From positions 25,608,001-25,672,000 of the forward strand of contig NC_087245.1 in the NCBI RefSeq assembly GCF_037042905.1: a stretch of DNA of 64,000 nt. Reading direction: 5' to 3'. A program made the translations under genes and the position numbers. Below the pieces are notes generated by a model, which was given only the letters and a program-made list of their open reading frames with translations, ran no database searches and was not told the DNA's origin. Within the stretch, counting starts at the first letter, position 1. The number at the start of each line of letters is the position of its first letter. This DNA comes from Lytechinus pictus (lineage: Eukaryota). This document shows positions 11,927 to 26,877 of this stretch, piece by piece.

Positions 11927-12551
11927 CAGTGGCGTAACAACGGGGGGGGGGGGTACGGGAGGCACGTATCCCCCCATCGGCTGGCAAAAAATGGGGGGAA
12001 AGAAGAAAAAGAAACGTAGTGGGGGAAGAAGACATTATATCATATTATATTATGTTATGTTATAATACAGTATATATATTATACTAAGTATTGGCATATG
12101 CTTCTTTTCATGACTATTTAAAGTGATTGCCCCCTTTTGAAACATTTCCAGTCCGTGCATACGTTCGTATTAGTTGATTGGTGAGATATGTCTGCTCTTC
12201 ATGAATTCCAAAAGAGACAGTCCTTGAAATGTCCCTGCATGTTTGGGGTCAATATATACAAAAGTTTCAGCTCGCGCTCGCATTGTTTGTTTAGTGAGAC
12301 AGGTACATATCACAATTTGCAAAAATCTGCTTATAATGTCGCTTTTTAGGTCTGAAAAAAAAAATCAATTTGCTCTTTGCTTCGTGCTCGGATTATATGA
12401 TCAGTGAGATACACGTCCGTTTATGGCACGGTCCTTAAAATGTCTCTATTAGGTCAGTATACCTGGCCACCGAGCGCGCTTCGCGCGCCCACTGAGTGAC
12501 TCAAATTTGTGATGGTGCCCCCAAAATGTCGTGACCCACGGTACGCCACTG
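11927..12551. mobile_element. hAT-like MITE
   Basis: TIR CAGTGGCGTA/TACGCCACTG; 8-bp TSD GATTTGGA/GATTTAGA; internal GCTCGCG.TCGC repeats. Confidence 0.8.
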
Positions 12552-15503
12552 GATTTAGACATAATGCAAAAACAATACTATCTGTTTGAATAATCACATT
12601 AGTGACGAAAAATTGACAAAAGATTGCAGAGGTATTAAGAAACGTCGTTCGAATTTTAAGCGCAATGAAAAAGTGGAGTATTATCCTTATAATCATTATT
12701 AAAAGAAACACACACACACACACAACACCAATCATGTACTTTTATCGGTCTGATATGGCCACTTATTTATATCACCTTTCCTTTCCATATGTAGCATTTT
12801 TTTTTCTTGACCGAGAATAAATCTAATAAAAAAAATGTCAGGGTATATTTCATTCGTTGAGCCAATTGGTGTTAGTTTAGGGGATGGGGTGCTTGCTCCG
12901 CAGTTTTGGCGTTGCCGATAGAAGGCAAAATATGCAATTCGGAAGTGGCATTGGTCTACACGTTCCCCCATGAGCCAGTCATTTATCATTGTACCAATAT
13001 CTTAATAAAAGGCTGCCATATTAAAAAATCATGTCTGTTGGCATTGATGCCCGACGTATAAATGATAGAACCGCAATTTGCCCCCCTCAAAGCGTTAAAC
13101 GATGTCAATACACACTCACAATAACCAGACTGTATGGTAGTGAATAAAAGCATTACACTGCACAAAAGCATAATTTTGTCCCATACCCCAAATAAATAAG
13201 GGTACACATTTCCTTTAGCAATAAACGTATATTATATAGGGTATGGATACAGATGTAAAACAAAATGAAACGAAAAGATAAAGGAAACTGTTTACATTAA
13301 ACATGACGCTAAGTTGCCTTTCCCCTATCTATCTTACAGAAAAAAACCCAGGTCTGTCTCTTTCAACTGTAACTTGTAGGTCAACATTGAGTGGTTTTTT
13401 AACCAATAAAATTTGATAAGCAATGTTGGTATTTGTCATGATCGTACGGATTGAATAAAGATAAGATTCTTTACGTGTGACTTCATCACTAATTGAATAG
13501 TCTTCCAGCACGTCGTCTTGTTTGCTTATTTTGTTTAAATAGGTATCAAGGCAGATCTTAGCTCATGTCAACGGGGTTATCAATATGTTTTTTTGTTTGT
13601 TTATATACATGTATATCAGTAGCTTCCACATAGGGCCTACTATTTTTAATTTGTTAAAGATAATACACCACTGAGCCCAAAACTTATTGATTTATGTAAA
13701 TATATGCACATTTACGACAAATTTGGATGAGGAGCTTTTGAGTTCATAAGACGCCATGTATAAAAGAAAAGTGGAGCAGTAAATATATTTTTTGTGACGT
13801 CATAATTTGTACTTGAAAAAGACTCTTCAAAATGGAAACAGGGTTGTGCATCTGTAGTGTCATTCAATACTTCAGACGCACAATTCCGACATAAAAAATA
13901 TAACGAGCAGTGAGACACTTAAAAACAATTAGTACATTTTGTACGATTATCGATTAATAAAGTATATTGTATGCATGAAAGGAACTAGAATTAAAACTTT
14001 TATCAAACCACTGCAGAAAAAATATCATAAGAATCATAATTATGCTTACCAAAACTACATGCTGAATCAGCTGGATATTGCGTTGAGTACATCAGCAAGG
14101 CAAAACTCTCGGTCGTCCACATCAGTTGTCCCTGATTAAAATTACCAAAACAACAGCAAAAACAAAAACAAAAGTCAAATGGTGACTGACCTAAATCAAC
14201 ATGCTAATTATAGATAGCCCTTATAACTAATGATCCAACCATCGCATACTGTTTCTTAATAAAATATAGACGCCGCGACTGATGGTGCTGTGTATAGCAA
14301 CCGTAATGGGTTTCGACGATGGAGTGGATGTCCGTATTTTGTTTGCGTAAAGATGGGCGAGCAAATAGACACTCGCTCTTGTAATATTCACCAGCGCGCG
14401 CGAACTAAATTGTTAATCAATGTTACTTCGAGAAGACACTCTCAGAAAAACAGATTGGTTAACATACAAACCTACCGAAAGTTTTAATTAAAAGAAAAAT
14501 GCATGTTAATGAATGGAGGTTTAACCAACAGTTAATCAATAGTCTAAACTGACAGTTTTTCTTCTTCGAGTGAGTGTTGCTTCAAAAGGCTGAAGATAAA
14601 GGCACTGGTTAAGTTCATGATATAGTAACCAATCGCAGAATTACATAGAGTGCACAATACCTGCCTATACCACAGACTATTCCGTTCCAAATAAATTGTA
14701 ATACGTCTGAATTAATTTCATGTGGAAAATATTTGAATAACCTACGACGCTCTCTTTGAAAGAAGAAAGTCAGAACCACCGTACCGCGATCCTTAATTTT
14801 CAAAACTTTTGCTTGGAGCCCTTTTAAGATCAACAAGTTATCATAAGACACACGGACTGTCAAATTGAGTTATGCTTGTTTGTTGCTTATGTGTTAATGA
14901 ATATCCCTGAATTAGTGCCCAAAATTTATCAAAACCGAACAAAAACAAGTCCTGATTGGACATATAAACCCCCCTAAATTGTTTCGTTTTTCTTGATTTA
15001 TTCGAAGTGAAATGCATAATGGTCATCGACTTGGTAAATCATAATTGGGTTATTTAAGATGATAAAGAGTCAGCTCGGGCGCAACAGGTAATTTAGTAAT
15101 GTCCGACTCTTTTAGTCGCATTTGACTAGGACAGGTCATCTCTGACTATATATTCAGGGATTTTTGTAAATTATTTGTCGCACCATGGGCACTGAGGAAG
15201 CGTGTGGTTTTGCCTTTCACTTAAAGTCGAATGATTCTAATATTTTTTCTACCATTACCAATAATGAAAGAAACGGAAAAAGAGGGAAGGGAAGGGGGAA
15301 GAAAGGGGAGAGACGATCCATGATGGTTTACAGATATGTATTTCACAATGATAAGGATAACTGGATACATGCATCTTGAATTATATTCATCAGTCACCCA
15401 GCTGTCTCTCAAAGTTTATCAAATCGATATCTAATATGACATGGTGTGTGAACATGTCAGATACACGGACGGATTATAAGATTCTACTATTCTTTCTCAG
15501 AAA

Positions 15504-15700
15504 CCTGGGGTGTTTCATGAAAGTTGTCAGCACTGAGTGAATTGTCAGTGTTGACAATTTCAGTGAAATCCTTGGTTTTAATTGGCTGAGAGGCACTGAC
15601 CACTGAGTGTTACTATGGTAACCGTCGGAGAAAGTCAACTTGTCAATGCTGACAAGGCAATGATAATGACAAGAAAGCACGTGTCCTTTATTCAACTACG
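15504..15700. mobile_element. Harbinger-like MITE carrying CCAAT and X-box motifs; related copy at ~53255-53410
   Basis: GGGGTGTTTCATGAAAG terminus; shared core ATTGGCTGAGA.GCACTG...GTTACTATGG(T/C)AAC. Confidence 0.5.
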
Positions 15701-18700
15701 TTGGTGTGGTTGGCCTTGAACAGCTCTTGAGGGAAACCAAATGATAGACGAGACGATCGAGTGGATGAGTCCAAGGAGATAGTTCAGGTTGCACACCACT
15801 AATTTCAGTCTTATTAGGAATCACCGCCTCTCCCATGAAGCGTACCCTGAACGACGTCATATGTAGAATTCTTCATCTCATGAAAATGATTTGAGAAAAT
15901 TACAAAGTACTGTGAACATGATGAAAGGAGTACCATTTGTACCAGAAGTCCCAAAAATGCTTATCATCACTGTTTCTGCAGTCAGGTTTCTGAGTAATCT
16001 GGGATGCATATCCACTACCCATTAAAAAAAACCGCTAAAAACACAATTATCTTCATAAGAAAGTAAGGATATTTGATGATTTACAAATTAAGGGTATGAA
16101 ATGTGTCTTTATTCTATTAATTCTGACTTTTTATACTTAAACCTTTGGAGAAATAATTAGTGATGTGCTCCCTCAACATGCATGGTCTGTGGACGTGCTG
16201 GAAGAGAGAGAGGCTATAGCAACATGTAGTAAATTCCTATACAGGTCGATCTCGCTAGTCCAGGAATATTGTCAATAAATGAATTAATTCTTTCTCCTCT
16301 ATCGCATTTCGTCTTTCATCGTTTCTTTCGAGGCTTTAATCAATTTTAAGCTTTTGTATTTCCGTTATGACTTAATGTTTAACCTCGGTTACCCTCATTA
16401 AAAAGAAGTGGTAATATGTAATTTGATTTCCAATTATTGTTCACTTATATTATAATTTGTTTATTGAAATCTAAACCATGTACATATCAATTATTGGAAA
16501 ATAATTAATATTTTTATGAAATGCGGAAATACACTATATCCAATCCAATCAATCAGGAAATGTTTTTACAATAAATTCGTATCAAGAAACTCAGAAAATC
16601 TCCACAAAAATACTTGCTTGGAATGGGAAGCTCTACAGGAACACTTCGTTACTCATGGCAGGCTTAGTATATTCGTAGTCAAGTAGTCAAATCATTGAAT
16701 AGAACATAACAAAGTGGTTATGAGCATAATACTTTGAGCTGTTACAGCTCGACAAACAAACACTGGATCAATTTGAAAGGTAAAGTTTGCCAGAGGGTAA
16801 GAGTGACATCTAGGACTCACTTAAGTCTTAGACATCGGACTGGGAGCAAACAGTATCGCGACGACATTGTTTGCTACAAACAACGCTCTCATGAGCTGAC
16901 AAGAAAATCGCTCTCTAAGGATCAATTTCCTTCGAGGTTCGACCAGTCTCCCATTTATTTTAGTAATACTTTTTAGGTATTTGTCGGGTTATCGAGTAAT
17001 GAGGATAATGGAAAAACAACAATACCCCCATATGAATCTGGAAATTCGATGAATTGCCGAAGTGTACTTGAATAATCTTAAAGGAATTGATTGATTGTGC
17101 GAGCATTGCATGTGTTTTTTTGTTTAAATAAATAACGTCATGTTCATATCTTTAAACAAAGACCAATCAACAACCTGGAATAGCACATACTTTGATGTGG
17201 ATTCATAAAGGAAGGCGTGATTCATATTCGTTTATATTTTCATGCAACCCCGATGTGAATTCTTTTTTTTTTTAATATCTAATTAGTATTGAAGATTGAA
17301 TTGCATTAAATGGAGTGTAGGGTCGAGTAGTCTAGTGCTCGTTGAAAATGATTGCAGTGCTATCATTTGCCATCTGATCCGGATATTCATCTTAACATTG
17401 CCCTATCTGATCTATCTTATATGAGATATACTTCAAGAAGTTGCACATTCGGGGGTTTTAAATACATTTTTGTACCTTATAATCTCAAAACGGTGACAAG
17501 GGACTTGGAATAGATTGATGTGTTTAGGGCCTACAGCTATCGAAGCTAGCGCGCTTTGTAACAGAGAGAATGATGCTGCAAAGGCACTTCATAGAAGACG
17601 CCAGGAAATGTGGAATTTGATCATGTCGTTGTGAAAGGAACGTGTTTGAAGTATTAGTTTACTCTTGAAATTATCATATCTTATATGAGCTGCCGTATGT
17701 AGTCAGTGGGGGGAATGGGACCATGTAAATGAGACCCATATTATTAGGAGGGGTCCGAAGGTGGCTGGGTGACAGGTGTGTATACGTGTGGGTTATAGTG
17801 TACACCTAAGGAAGAGAGAGAGAGCAATGTTAAAACATTGAAAATCCTCGTTTATTGTATTGTTAGATTATTTCAAGTTTCATCCTCCTTCTCCTGCTTC
17901 TCATCATCAGCATCAACCGTGTGTCCCCTTTGTGTGTGTGCGCGCGCGTGTGTGTGTGTGTGGGTGTGGGGCGTCTGATCACGCACTCGATCAGGAGTCA
18001 TGTAATTGATTACAACTTTCTCGGCTATGCTCCTCGACCGGATTGAGCCATACTTTCCTCGGTCACCCTTTCAGGTTTGAATATTCGTACGATCCCACTT
18101 ATTTTTAGCGAAATGTGCCAACAGGCCAAGGATCGGAAGAATTATTTTTCCTGACTGATGGTAATGTACATTTAAGTTTTTTCTTGGGACATTAGGGAGA
18201 ACGGTGTTTATATATATAAAGTGAAGTAAGCAGATCAATTTTTCTTAGAATCTGCAAACCTTTTTGTCTTGCCTTGCGTTTTCGAAAAAGCGTTGGTCAA
18301 ATTTTTCTGCCGATCAGGGACAGTGTCATTGTATTTTGACGGGGAAGGTGATACAACCTACACTTCTCTTTTCTATGCTATTCTTTCTGTTCTCATCCGT
18401 TTCCACCCTTTTTCCTTTTCTCCTCTATTCAACTTATTAAAAACATAATGGGGCGATCGCCCCCTCCCCCACACTTGTGGCGCCTCATCTCCTGTTGATC
18501 TTTCAGATATCAAATTCCAAAAAATAGCATTTTAAACTTTTCATAGACTCATTTCTGAAAATCTAATCTAAGGAGCAATAAATGTTGCATAGACTAGAAA
18601 TTATATAATATATGCCTCTCCAGACAGCCATTTAATCAACATGCGAACGTGGCGATGTAAAGAGAAAAATATCCTGCGAGAAACCTGATATTCTTCTTTC

Positions 18701-19329
18701 AACTCCCCCAATTATCGATTGTGACGTCATCGGAATTGAACACGTCAACGATGTCGCGTGACATGACACTTAAAACTTCTTCGTGCCACTATTACATTTC
18801 TTTCTGTTATAAATGGTTTAAACCCTATTTTAGTTGGACCATTAGATTTCATTTTGAGCTCTTAAACAATGTCAGCAAATGTTGGCCCAGATAATTATGA
18901 AGGAATATTATGTAGGTTTCTTTTTAAAATTCTGGGTGACTTGGTTGGTGCTTCAAGTTAGTGTTTAGGATGTGATGATGAGCATTAAAGCAGAAAAGGG
19001 GCCGATGGGAATGCTTCGACAAAAAAATAGGCAGAGAATGAGTCTTTACAATGTTGGATGATGACGGTTTTCCGTTTGATGCCTTCTTGAAGTGAGGAGA
19101 GCCAACCTATTCAACCATGCCAGCTGTTTCGGTCAATAGCGGTTAAGTTATACCCTTGGCTCTACTTGACATACACTTAACCTTTGGTGAGAATTGCTAA
19201 AAGTGCTGAAAATGTACATTTCAGATAGAAACCGGGTTTTACTTCACTCATGTCACTTGCAGATTGGATATTTATTGCTTTCGGATGTTATTTGAAAAGA
19301 GAGAAGAACCGAAGGAAGCAAACAGAATT

Positions 19330-19760
19330 CCAGATAGAAAACTCTTCAGAATAACAATTCTTAAAAGCGTTGCAATTTGCCAGCGAAGGAAAAAGCACTC
19401 CGAGACAATAGACGTCGGCAACGTACATAAAAGTTCCTTTGGGACAAAACGTATCAAAAACGTTACAGCAACAAAGAACTTCGTGAAACAACCATTGGTA
19501 ATGAAATAGAAAAAAGGTAATTCCGGACATTTTATCGGAAATATAAAAGCAAAAACAACAACAACAACAACAAATCATATTGAAAACAAAACTCGGCAAT
19601 AACGTTGCTCTCTGCTAGCGAAGTAAAAAGAAATTCGGGACAATAGACGTCGGCAACCTACATGAAAATACATTCGGGACAACATATCGGACATATGAAG
19701 CAACAAAAAAGTATCTTGAAAAAAAAAAACATGGGCAACGTAATGACTAATAAGGACATT
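19330..19760. repeat. Degenerate tandem repeat region
   Basis: GACAATAGACGTCGGCAAC.TACAT at ~19404 and ~19638; recurring CGGGACAA/CGGACA motifs. Confidence 0.5.
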
Positions 19761-20659
19761 CGCTACAACATGAGTATCAATAATAATTATGATTATCATA
19801 TTGTGAACTATGAAATAGGAGTGCCCAATTAAAAAGAAAAATATTTTTGGCTTTTATTCAGATCAAAATGTAAAAACATACAATATTAAAGTACAAGGTA
19901 AAAAATCCACAATATTTCTTACAGTATATGCCTTGAGTTGCTTTCCTTTTTCTTAATAATATTTTGTACAGAGAAAATAAACCATTCACATTTGCAATAT
20001 ATTGTGCAAATTAATCATCTAAATAAAGATTAGGAAATCGAAATCAAATTTCTCTTAGATGAACACAAAATAAAGGAAAGGTGATTTAGACTCACTTCAG
20101 GTCCGCTGAAAAATCAATTTTAGAAATACGACATAGGCCTAAAGAATGAATGACCTCTTTTTCACTGAAATAAATAAATCCATCAGTATCAACCAGTATC
20201 CTTATCATCTATTTCCCATAAGCTGAAGTCTACATATATCGATGATGGGTGTTCTGATGTGGCACATCAAATCATGTGATCTAAGCTAGATGACAGACAC
20301 AGTTTCCCAAAACATCGATCACAACAGGACCAAGTGTAAAATCGATTTCATGCCTTCAGGGAGTGGACCTTTCACTTTGCTATTCATTCATTGATCGATC
20401 AGAGCTGTAAAGGACATGTGGTATAGGGCTATAATAAAGGAGAAACACGATACAAAAGAACAATAATGGATCCCGCTATCTCTGATTTAAATAATGGATC
20501 GCATACAATCTTGCTCTTTATAATTGTGCCCGCTGAGATGCTACATTTGCTGACTGCTAGATTGTATAAGTAACAAGTGTCATTACAAGTTCAGTGGCCT
20601 ATTTCATAAAGGGTTACAACTATTGAAACTTTTCCATAATGGCAACTACCATAAAAGCA

Positions 20660-20752
20660 TACTAATCGTCGTAATAGTCATAATATTAATAATAATGATA
20701 ATAATAATAACAATCATCATCATCGTAATAATAGTAATGATAATAACAAAAC

Positions 20753-20785
<33 letters not shown>

Positions 20786-20835
20786 AAATAATGATAATCA
20801 TAATTATCATCATCATCATCATCATCATCATCGCC
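20660..20835. repeat. (ATA/ATG/ATC)n microsatellite
   Basis: Trinucleotide tract giving poly-I/M ORFs. Confidence 0.85.
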
Positions 20836-21797
20836 CTTATCTTCTTATTCATGTCTGGAAGGGTCAATACACAAAGAAAGTACAGACTATAATTCCTTCA
20901 ACCCTGTCAGGGAAAGGGGTTCAGCATTCTTGTTTATAAGTTATTCTTTATAAAACATGATTGTATGAATATTTACGCGTTCGTAGGAACACCTAAAGCA
21001 ATAATTTGATTTTCTAAATGCATTCACATTGCCAATGTTTATTCAAAACAGTTTTCCTCATTTTCTACTTTAAACGCGTGAAGCTGTAAAAAAACGAGAA
21101 CGTGTTGGAAACGAAGTAATCTTGAAGTGAGCTATTGAAGTGAGCTCGTTGATCGATGATAAACTGGAAATTTGAATAGAACATTTTTTTCCTGAAGAGA
21201 AAAGAAAAGCAAGAAGAGAGCATTTCCTTTAGAGAAATAGATTCAATGCCTCGAGCAAGATTTGCAAGAAATTGATCATCGCATGGATGCATTTATGCAC
21301 GCAGCAAGAAGAAGAATTGCCAGGTTTTCAAGAAAACAATTTACTCTCACTTTGCCTGTTTGGAAGAGAATGATATTCTTGCAGACAAACACCTTTATCA
21401 ATCTACTAATCAAGTCTAAGAACTTGACTCACTACTAAAGGAAAATAATTACTTTAGAATAAAAGTGAAAAAAATATAATGTAAGTTAAAAACTTAAATA
21501 AAGTAAGTAAAAACATGCAAGGTAATACAAAGTGAACTAAAGTCACACGTTGCCAAAATATCTAGTATATTCATCCTAGCCTTTAGAAAATCGATGAAAA
21601 TGTATAAAACAAATAATGTAAGGTATTAATATTGTCCATATTAACAAACATGGAATTTCTCATCTGGGTCCTGTGACATGAAATATACAATCACTGATAA
21701 TGTACAATGAAGCACATAACTGTAAGTGTATGGCAGAACATTGAAAATACATGGAAATATCAAATATGTTACCATGCTGAGAAAGGAACATCGTAAA

Positions 21798-22095
21798 CCT
21801 CCTTGCTGGAAATAACACAATGCCACACAGTGTGTTCACATAGTGCACTAAATAATGGGAAAATATCATTTACACTGTTCAAATTCAACAGTGTGAAGAT
21901 ATTTTCACACTGTGGACACCTCGAGGGTGTGACTGTTCACAACGTGTTCACATGGTGGACTATATGTGAAAATGTGATTCACACTGTTGAAATGACAAAA
22001 TTTACCCGCGTGAAGGTGATTTCACTTTGTGTGCCACACTGTGACCACACTGTTGCACATACTCTGTGATACTGTGTTCTTTCCAAGCAGTAGGG
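21798..22095. mobile_element. MITE (degenerate palindromic)
   Basis: Imperfect TIR TGCTGGAAATAACACA/TGTGTTCTTTCCAAGCA; internal CACACTGTG/CACAGTGTG repeats. Confidence 0.6.
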
Positions 22096-22973
22096 CTCCA
22101 CCTCCTGTCTGAAGTCTCCCCATTCTATTGCGGCATGTTGAGTTTTCATTTCGGATTTGAAGTGCGTTATTAGCCATTAGGCGCCTCATCTCTACTCTTC
22201 CATCTTATGGGTAAAAAAGGAATGCCCTTGGGATGTATATCGTGATGAGATTGATAGAGTAATCGTTAAGTGTTTACCTAACTCATAGACCTATACTGGT
22301 TGATATCAACTCATCCCTCAGGTATAGTTTGTGGCTCTGAGTATATACTAAGAAGAATGATGATACAGTGTGTCCCAGAAATAATAATAAAACAAAATAC
22401 CAGGCCTGTTTTTCCGCTTCCTTTTTCGCTCGACTGGAACCTGTTCTTACGTGGTAAGTCAGATTCATAGGGATATATCATGAACCACAAGAAAGGATCA
22501 CCAGTCATGCGTAAAGTTATGTGCAACTTACGAAAAAGCTTTAAGAAACAGCCCCCTCCCCCGTTTCAAGAGATAATGAAATGTGTTATAAATCTCAAAG
22601 TAATCAATCATTCGCATTTTAAGGTTGCAAACAGCAAAGAGAAGATCTAGGGGTGTTTCACAAAATAATGTTCAAGTTTGACTTAGAATCGCACTTAAAT
22701 GTCTAGTTGCGTGCGTAGTCGTACTTAAATCTTTCTGACCCCCCCCCCGGAGAAACAATTTGCGCAGAAGCGCACGTATGAATCTGTATATATAGATTGA
22801 ATGAAAGATCACACTGAGGAAATGTTAATGAGCCATTCTTTCATATGAATGGTCATTATATATGTATATAATCTTTACGAATTATGACAAGATTTCATCT
22901 TAACTTGCTTGGGATATTGATTTTTGTAAACCCTTTTTGCTAATCTTCATGTAAAATTTTATTTTTATATTTG

Positions 22974-22975
<2 letters not shown>

Positions 22976-23004
<29 letters not shown>
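22976..23004. repeat. (TA)n microsatellite
   Basis: Direct reading. Confidence 0.9.
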
Positions 23005-23008
<4 letters not shown>

Positions 23009-24059
23009 GATACAAGAAGAAAGTATGAAGTTTATGCTGATGTAAATGAAATACCATAATATCGCTGGTCTATGCTAGGCACCCTCCCCCCCCCCCCTTC
23101 CCGGTGAATCCCAATTTACCCTTTTTCTTGGACGCACTGTATACAATTGTATGGAAGTAGGAAGTTGAAAAAACAGGATTATCTAAGAAATGATGCCAGA
23201 AAAGAAGAGACGAGGACAGAAGATCACAGCAGCTACATCTCATATTTAATGTTAGTTTACCCGATCAGCGTTTCATAAAAGCATGCTAGCAAGCGGTAAT
23301 AGTTTTATTTTTGCCAAAAAGAAATATCAACACAATCAATGAAGTTCAGTATTCTAAAAGCTTGAAAAGCATGCATGTCCTTCGATGGAGATAAAATTGC
23401 TCACATCGACCTATTTCATAGCGCCTTACAATTCAGAGTCTTATAGTTGTTAGAAATGCGGGGGAAAGAGAAGTACAAAGCGTTGCCATGGTGAGAGGGA
23501 GAGATTGTACGTGTGTGCGTGTGTGAGGTAAGCGTATGGGCGTGTGTGAGAGTGTGCGTGATAGAGAGAGAGAGAAAGAGAGAGAAAAAAAAAGAATTAT
23601 GAAATAAAGATGTCTTTTTAAACCGATAAAAATACAAATAAAAAAATTCAGAAACCACATAAAATGATTTCCGGATGAAATGCTGAGTGTATTTCGTTAA
23701 TGAGAAAATGATGAAGGATAAAATCCCTCTTCCAGAGACACCCGCCCGCAAACAATCTCTACACCATTAATATCTTCACACCCTTCGTTGAGCTAAATTA
23801 TTTTCGATTGTCCAACTTTACAAATCGATCTAACATTCCGTCTACGGTAGATATTAAACCACTAAACAATATTTAGTTAATAAAATCATCATAACTGTGT
23901 TCATTAAATACATTAGATTCAGAATGATTGCGTTTCATGTTTAAAATTAAATTCTCTTAAATCTTTGGACACGGACCACAGGAGTATGGGTTGATATCTG
24001 TTTTACAATATTGAGTTGCATCGGTAAATACTTTTCTTACTGGTGAGGAACATTAACCT

Positions 24060-24234
24060 TGGTATTTATCAAGTTGTTCGTAAGTTATGAGAGACTTTAC
24101 GAACGACTGGTAATTCCTTTTTTAGGAGCTAAATCAATCAAGATTTATATCATTTACCATAAGAAAGGATCATAAGCCGTTCATAAAGTCGCTCGTAACG
24201 TACAAGGCACAAACAACTTTTTGAAACACCCACC
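24060..24234. mobile_element. MITE (palindromic), with a related remnant at ~22430-22555
   Basis: GTTCGTAAGTTATGAGAGACTTTACGAACG mirrored by CGTTCATAAAGTCGCTCGTAACGTAC. Confidence 0.5.
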
Positions 24235-26863
24235 ATGGCAAGAATTATGAAATGACTGTAATGCTCATAAAAAAGCTTGCAACTTTGCGTGCCAAAGTTT
24301 TAAGTAATAAGAAGATCGTTTCATCATTATTCATTCAAACAATAATGATATAAATGTACTGAAACCTTGCCCTTATTTCAAGGACATACTACCAGAAGAT
24401 TCGGCAATAGCACTGTTATTCCACTCCGCTAGCATTAAAAAATGTTTCAGTAAACATGATAAAAAGCATGAGAGCATTACACACGCTTTAATCATCTATT
24501 GTCATGGGGATTATTGGGTGTTTTAAAATGAAATAAATCAAGCGATCTGATGACGCAAAACCACGTTATCTAGAAAACCATTTTTATTTCTGATGGCTAA
24601 GATATAGTGTAATAATAGTCCGCGGTTTTTCACTCTGAAATTGTATTGATTAGAAAATTTTTCGTTTTTCAAAAAAAGCATCTATTTGCATTGAGATGAA
24701 ATGAAAGCATTAGACCCATAATGATTTAAATTTAAACCGCTATAAGAAACATACAATATACAAACTAAGTCTTTTTTTGCTTTACAGAATCAGATGTGGT
24801 GCACAGTAATGAACCTGCTACGGTGGATCTTGCAATAACGAAGATGGTATAAAGCAATGGAGCTAATCAGCTTATTTCTTTTCATCTACCCCCCCCCCAC
24901 ACCAACACACCCCTATCCACTCTCTCTCTCACACACTCACCATCATCCACATACACACATGCTTTATAGGATATGGAGTCATCTGTTATAATATATGGAT
25001 GGGGTGGGTGTTACTTTGGAACTCCGTTTTGTGACACATTGATCGAAATGACGGTGTTCATCATAATGCTAACACAAAGGGAGATATCAAGGTCTTTTGA
25101 AGGGGGTAGGGGACCTATAAATCCAACGTCATTTCTTTAAATTTAAATCAAATAGCATGGTAAATATAGAGTTACGACCCGTGTCTCTCTTTTAAACTCT
25201 GTAGCGCTTCTCCTGACAATAAGCACGGAAAGAAAGGGTATCACAATTCAAATTGTTCTGTGTGATTTCTTTCACCCGATTAAAAAAATAATAATAATAA
25301 TTTGAAGTTACTTTGTTTGATATTTTTAATCAAATATAATTTATTTTTCTTCCCGTTTAATTTCATGCCCTATAATCTTGATCAATATTGTCAACATGAT
25401 CAAAGTAAATAAAGTGCCTTGTGATAAAGGAAAAGTATGTCCAACCGACACAAATGTTTCAAAATGAACCAATTTACTCGTTAGAATCTACCAGCATTCT
25501 TGAAATTAATAATAATAATTTTGATATCTTATTGAGCGCACACACCGTCTAGAGACTATCTTGGCGCTAGCCCAGCAACAAATCCTTTGGATATAAAGAA
25601 ACAACTACAAATATAAATGTAAACGAAGTAAAAAAATTTAACAACAATTAATACAACCGAGTATATAATTTTAAAAAGAACAGTTTTGCATCACCCACCG
25701 GAATTCCTAGCTACATCCTGGTAGGGGCTGGTGCCCTTTTACTTGCTGCTCTGTACAACGACAATTTAAGCTCGGCAAGGGCGGAAATCTGTCTCCAAAG
25801 GTAGGGGGACCAGGGGCTGGAAAATTTGACAAGCAAAAAAAAAAAAGGGTTATCACCCCAAATGTAAGGTCATTTCGACCAATTGAAATTGAAAAAAAAA
25901 AGGTTAACACCCAATAAGTAAGGTTCATCTCGTCCAAAATACATACGTGTTCCCCCTACTATTTTGAGTAGGAGGGACACGTCCCCCTGGGATTTCCGCC
26001 CATGAAGCCCGGTCAGCTCAGAACTCACAGGAGCTCTAGCATATAAGGGCACGAGCCCCCATAGGAAGCCAGTCAGACCAGTGAGTGATGACAAAACAAT
26101 ATTGTCCATTTTATCATTCGGTCACATATTCCCTTTGACCCACTGACAGAGTGTATTCATTGAAATGTTTCTAGTAATAAAACTAACAATAATAATCACT
26201 CTTATTCATACCCAGGGTAACCTCTATGACTGTTTGCTGATTATCAAGCGGGCCCTGCAAATTGGTCATCGATCGATCAAAATTTCTTGTAATGCCACAA
26301 TGCCCAAATACGATAATAGATATTGATGGAAGTGTGCTATTATAGAAATAAATAGATGGATGCGATTGGGCCGGAGTGTCTCAACATACTGTGATATGCT
26401 AAAACAATTGAATTACAATGAGTGTACTTGTATATTTTTCTGTTAAAATAATGTAAGATTTGATCGCCCATCTCAAGAGTAAAAACATTAATTAGTCTTT
26501 CACCGGGTAATAACGTATAATGGCTTTGATCGGTTTAAGGTCGATGTGACAACATCCAACACTGGGTAACCATGTCGCACGTCCCCATCCTCTGATCTGA
26601 CAACCATTCAGATGAAATTAATTCCCATGACATAACAATAAAAGGTGGCAATGTTTGGAAGATCTCTGAATGGAATGAAAAGAACTTACGATTGTTATCA
26701 GCGCTCTGCCTCAACTTTCGTCTTGCAAAACAAGCCGTATAACCGCCACCCTCCGTCCACGGTATGGGCCTCCTCTCTTGCCGATTGAATTCATATAATG
26801 AATGAGATCTTGCTGGAGGATGCCGCTCTCGTCTCTCTCTCTCCCTTTCTTCATCCTTGCACG

Positions 26864-26877
26864 GTTGCCATGGAAAC
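26864..26877. promoter_or_regulatory. RFX X-box motif GTTGCCATGGAAAC in unique GC-richer sequence
   Basis: 13/14 match to the palindromic X-box GTTGCCATGGCAAC; function not shown. Confidence 0.4.

Noticed and set aside
18972..19060. C/D-box snoRNA (GTGATGA C box)
   Set aside because: No D box at a suitable distance, no terminal stem and no host gene
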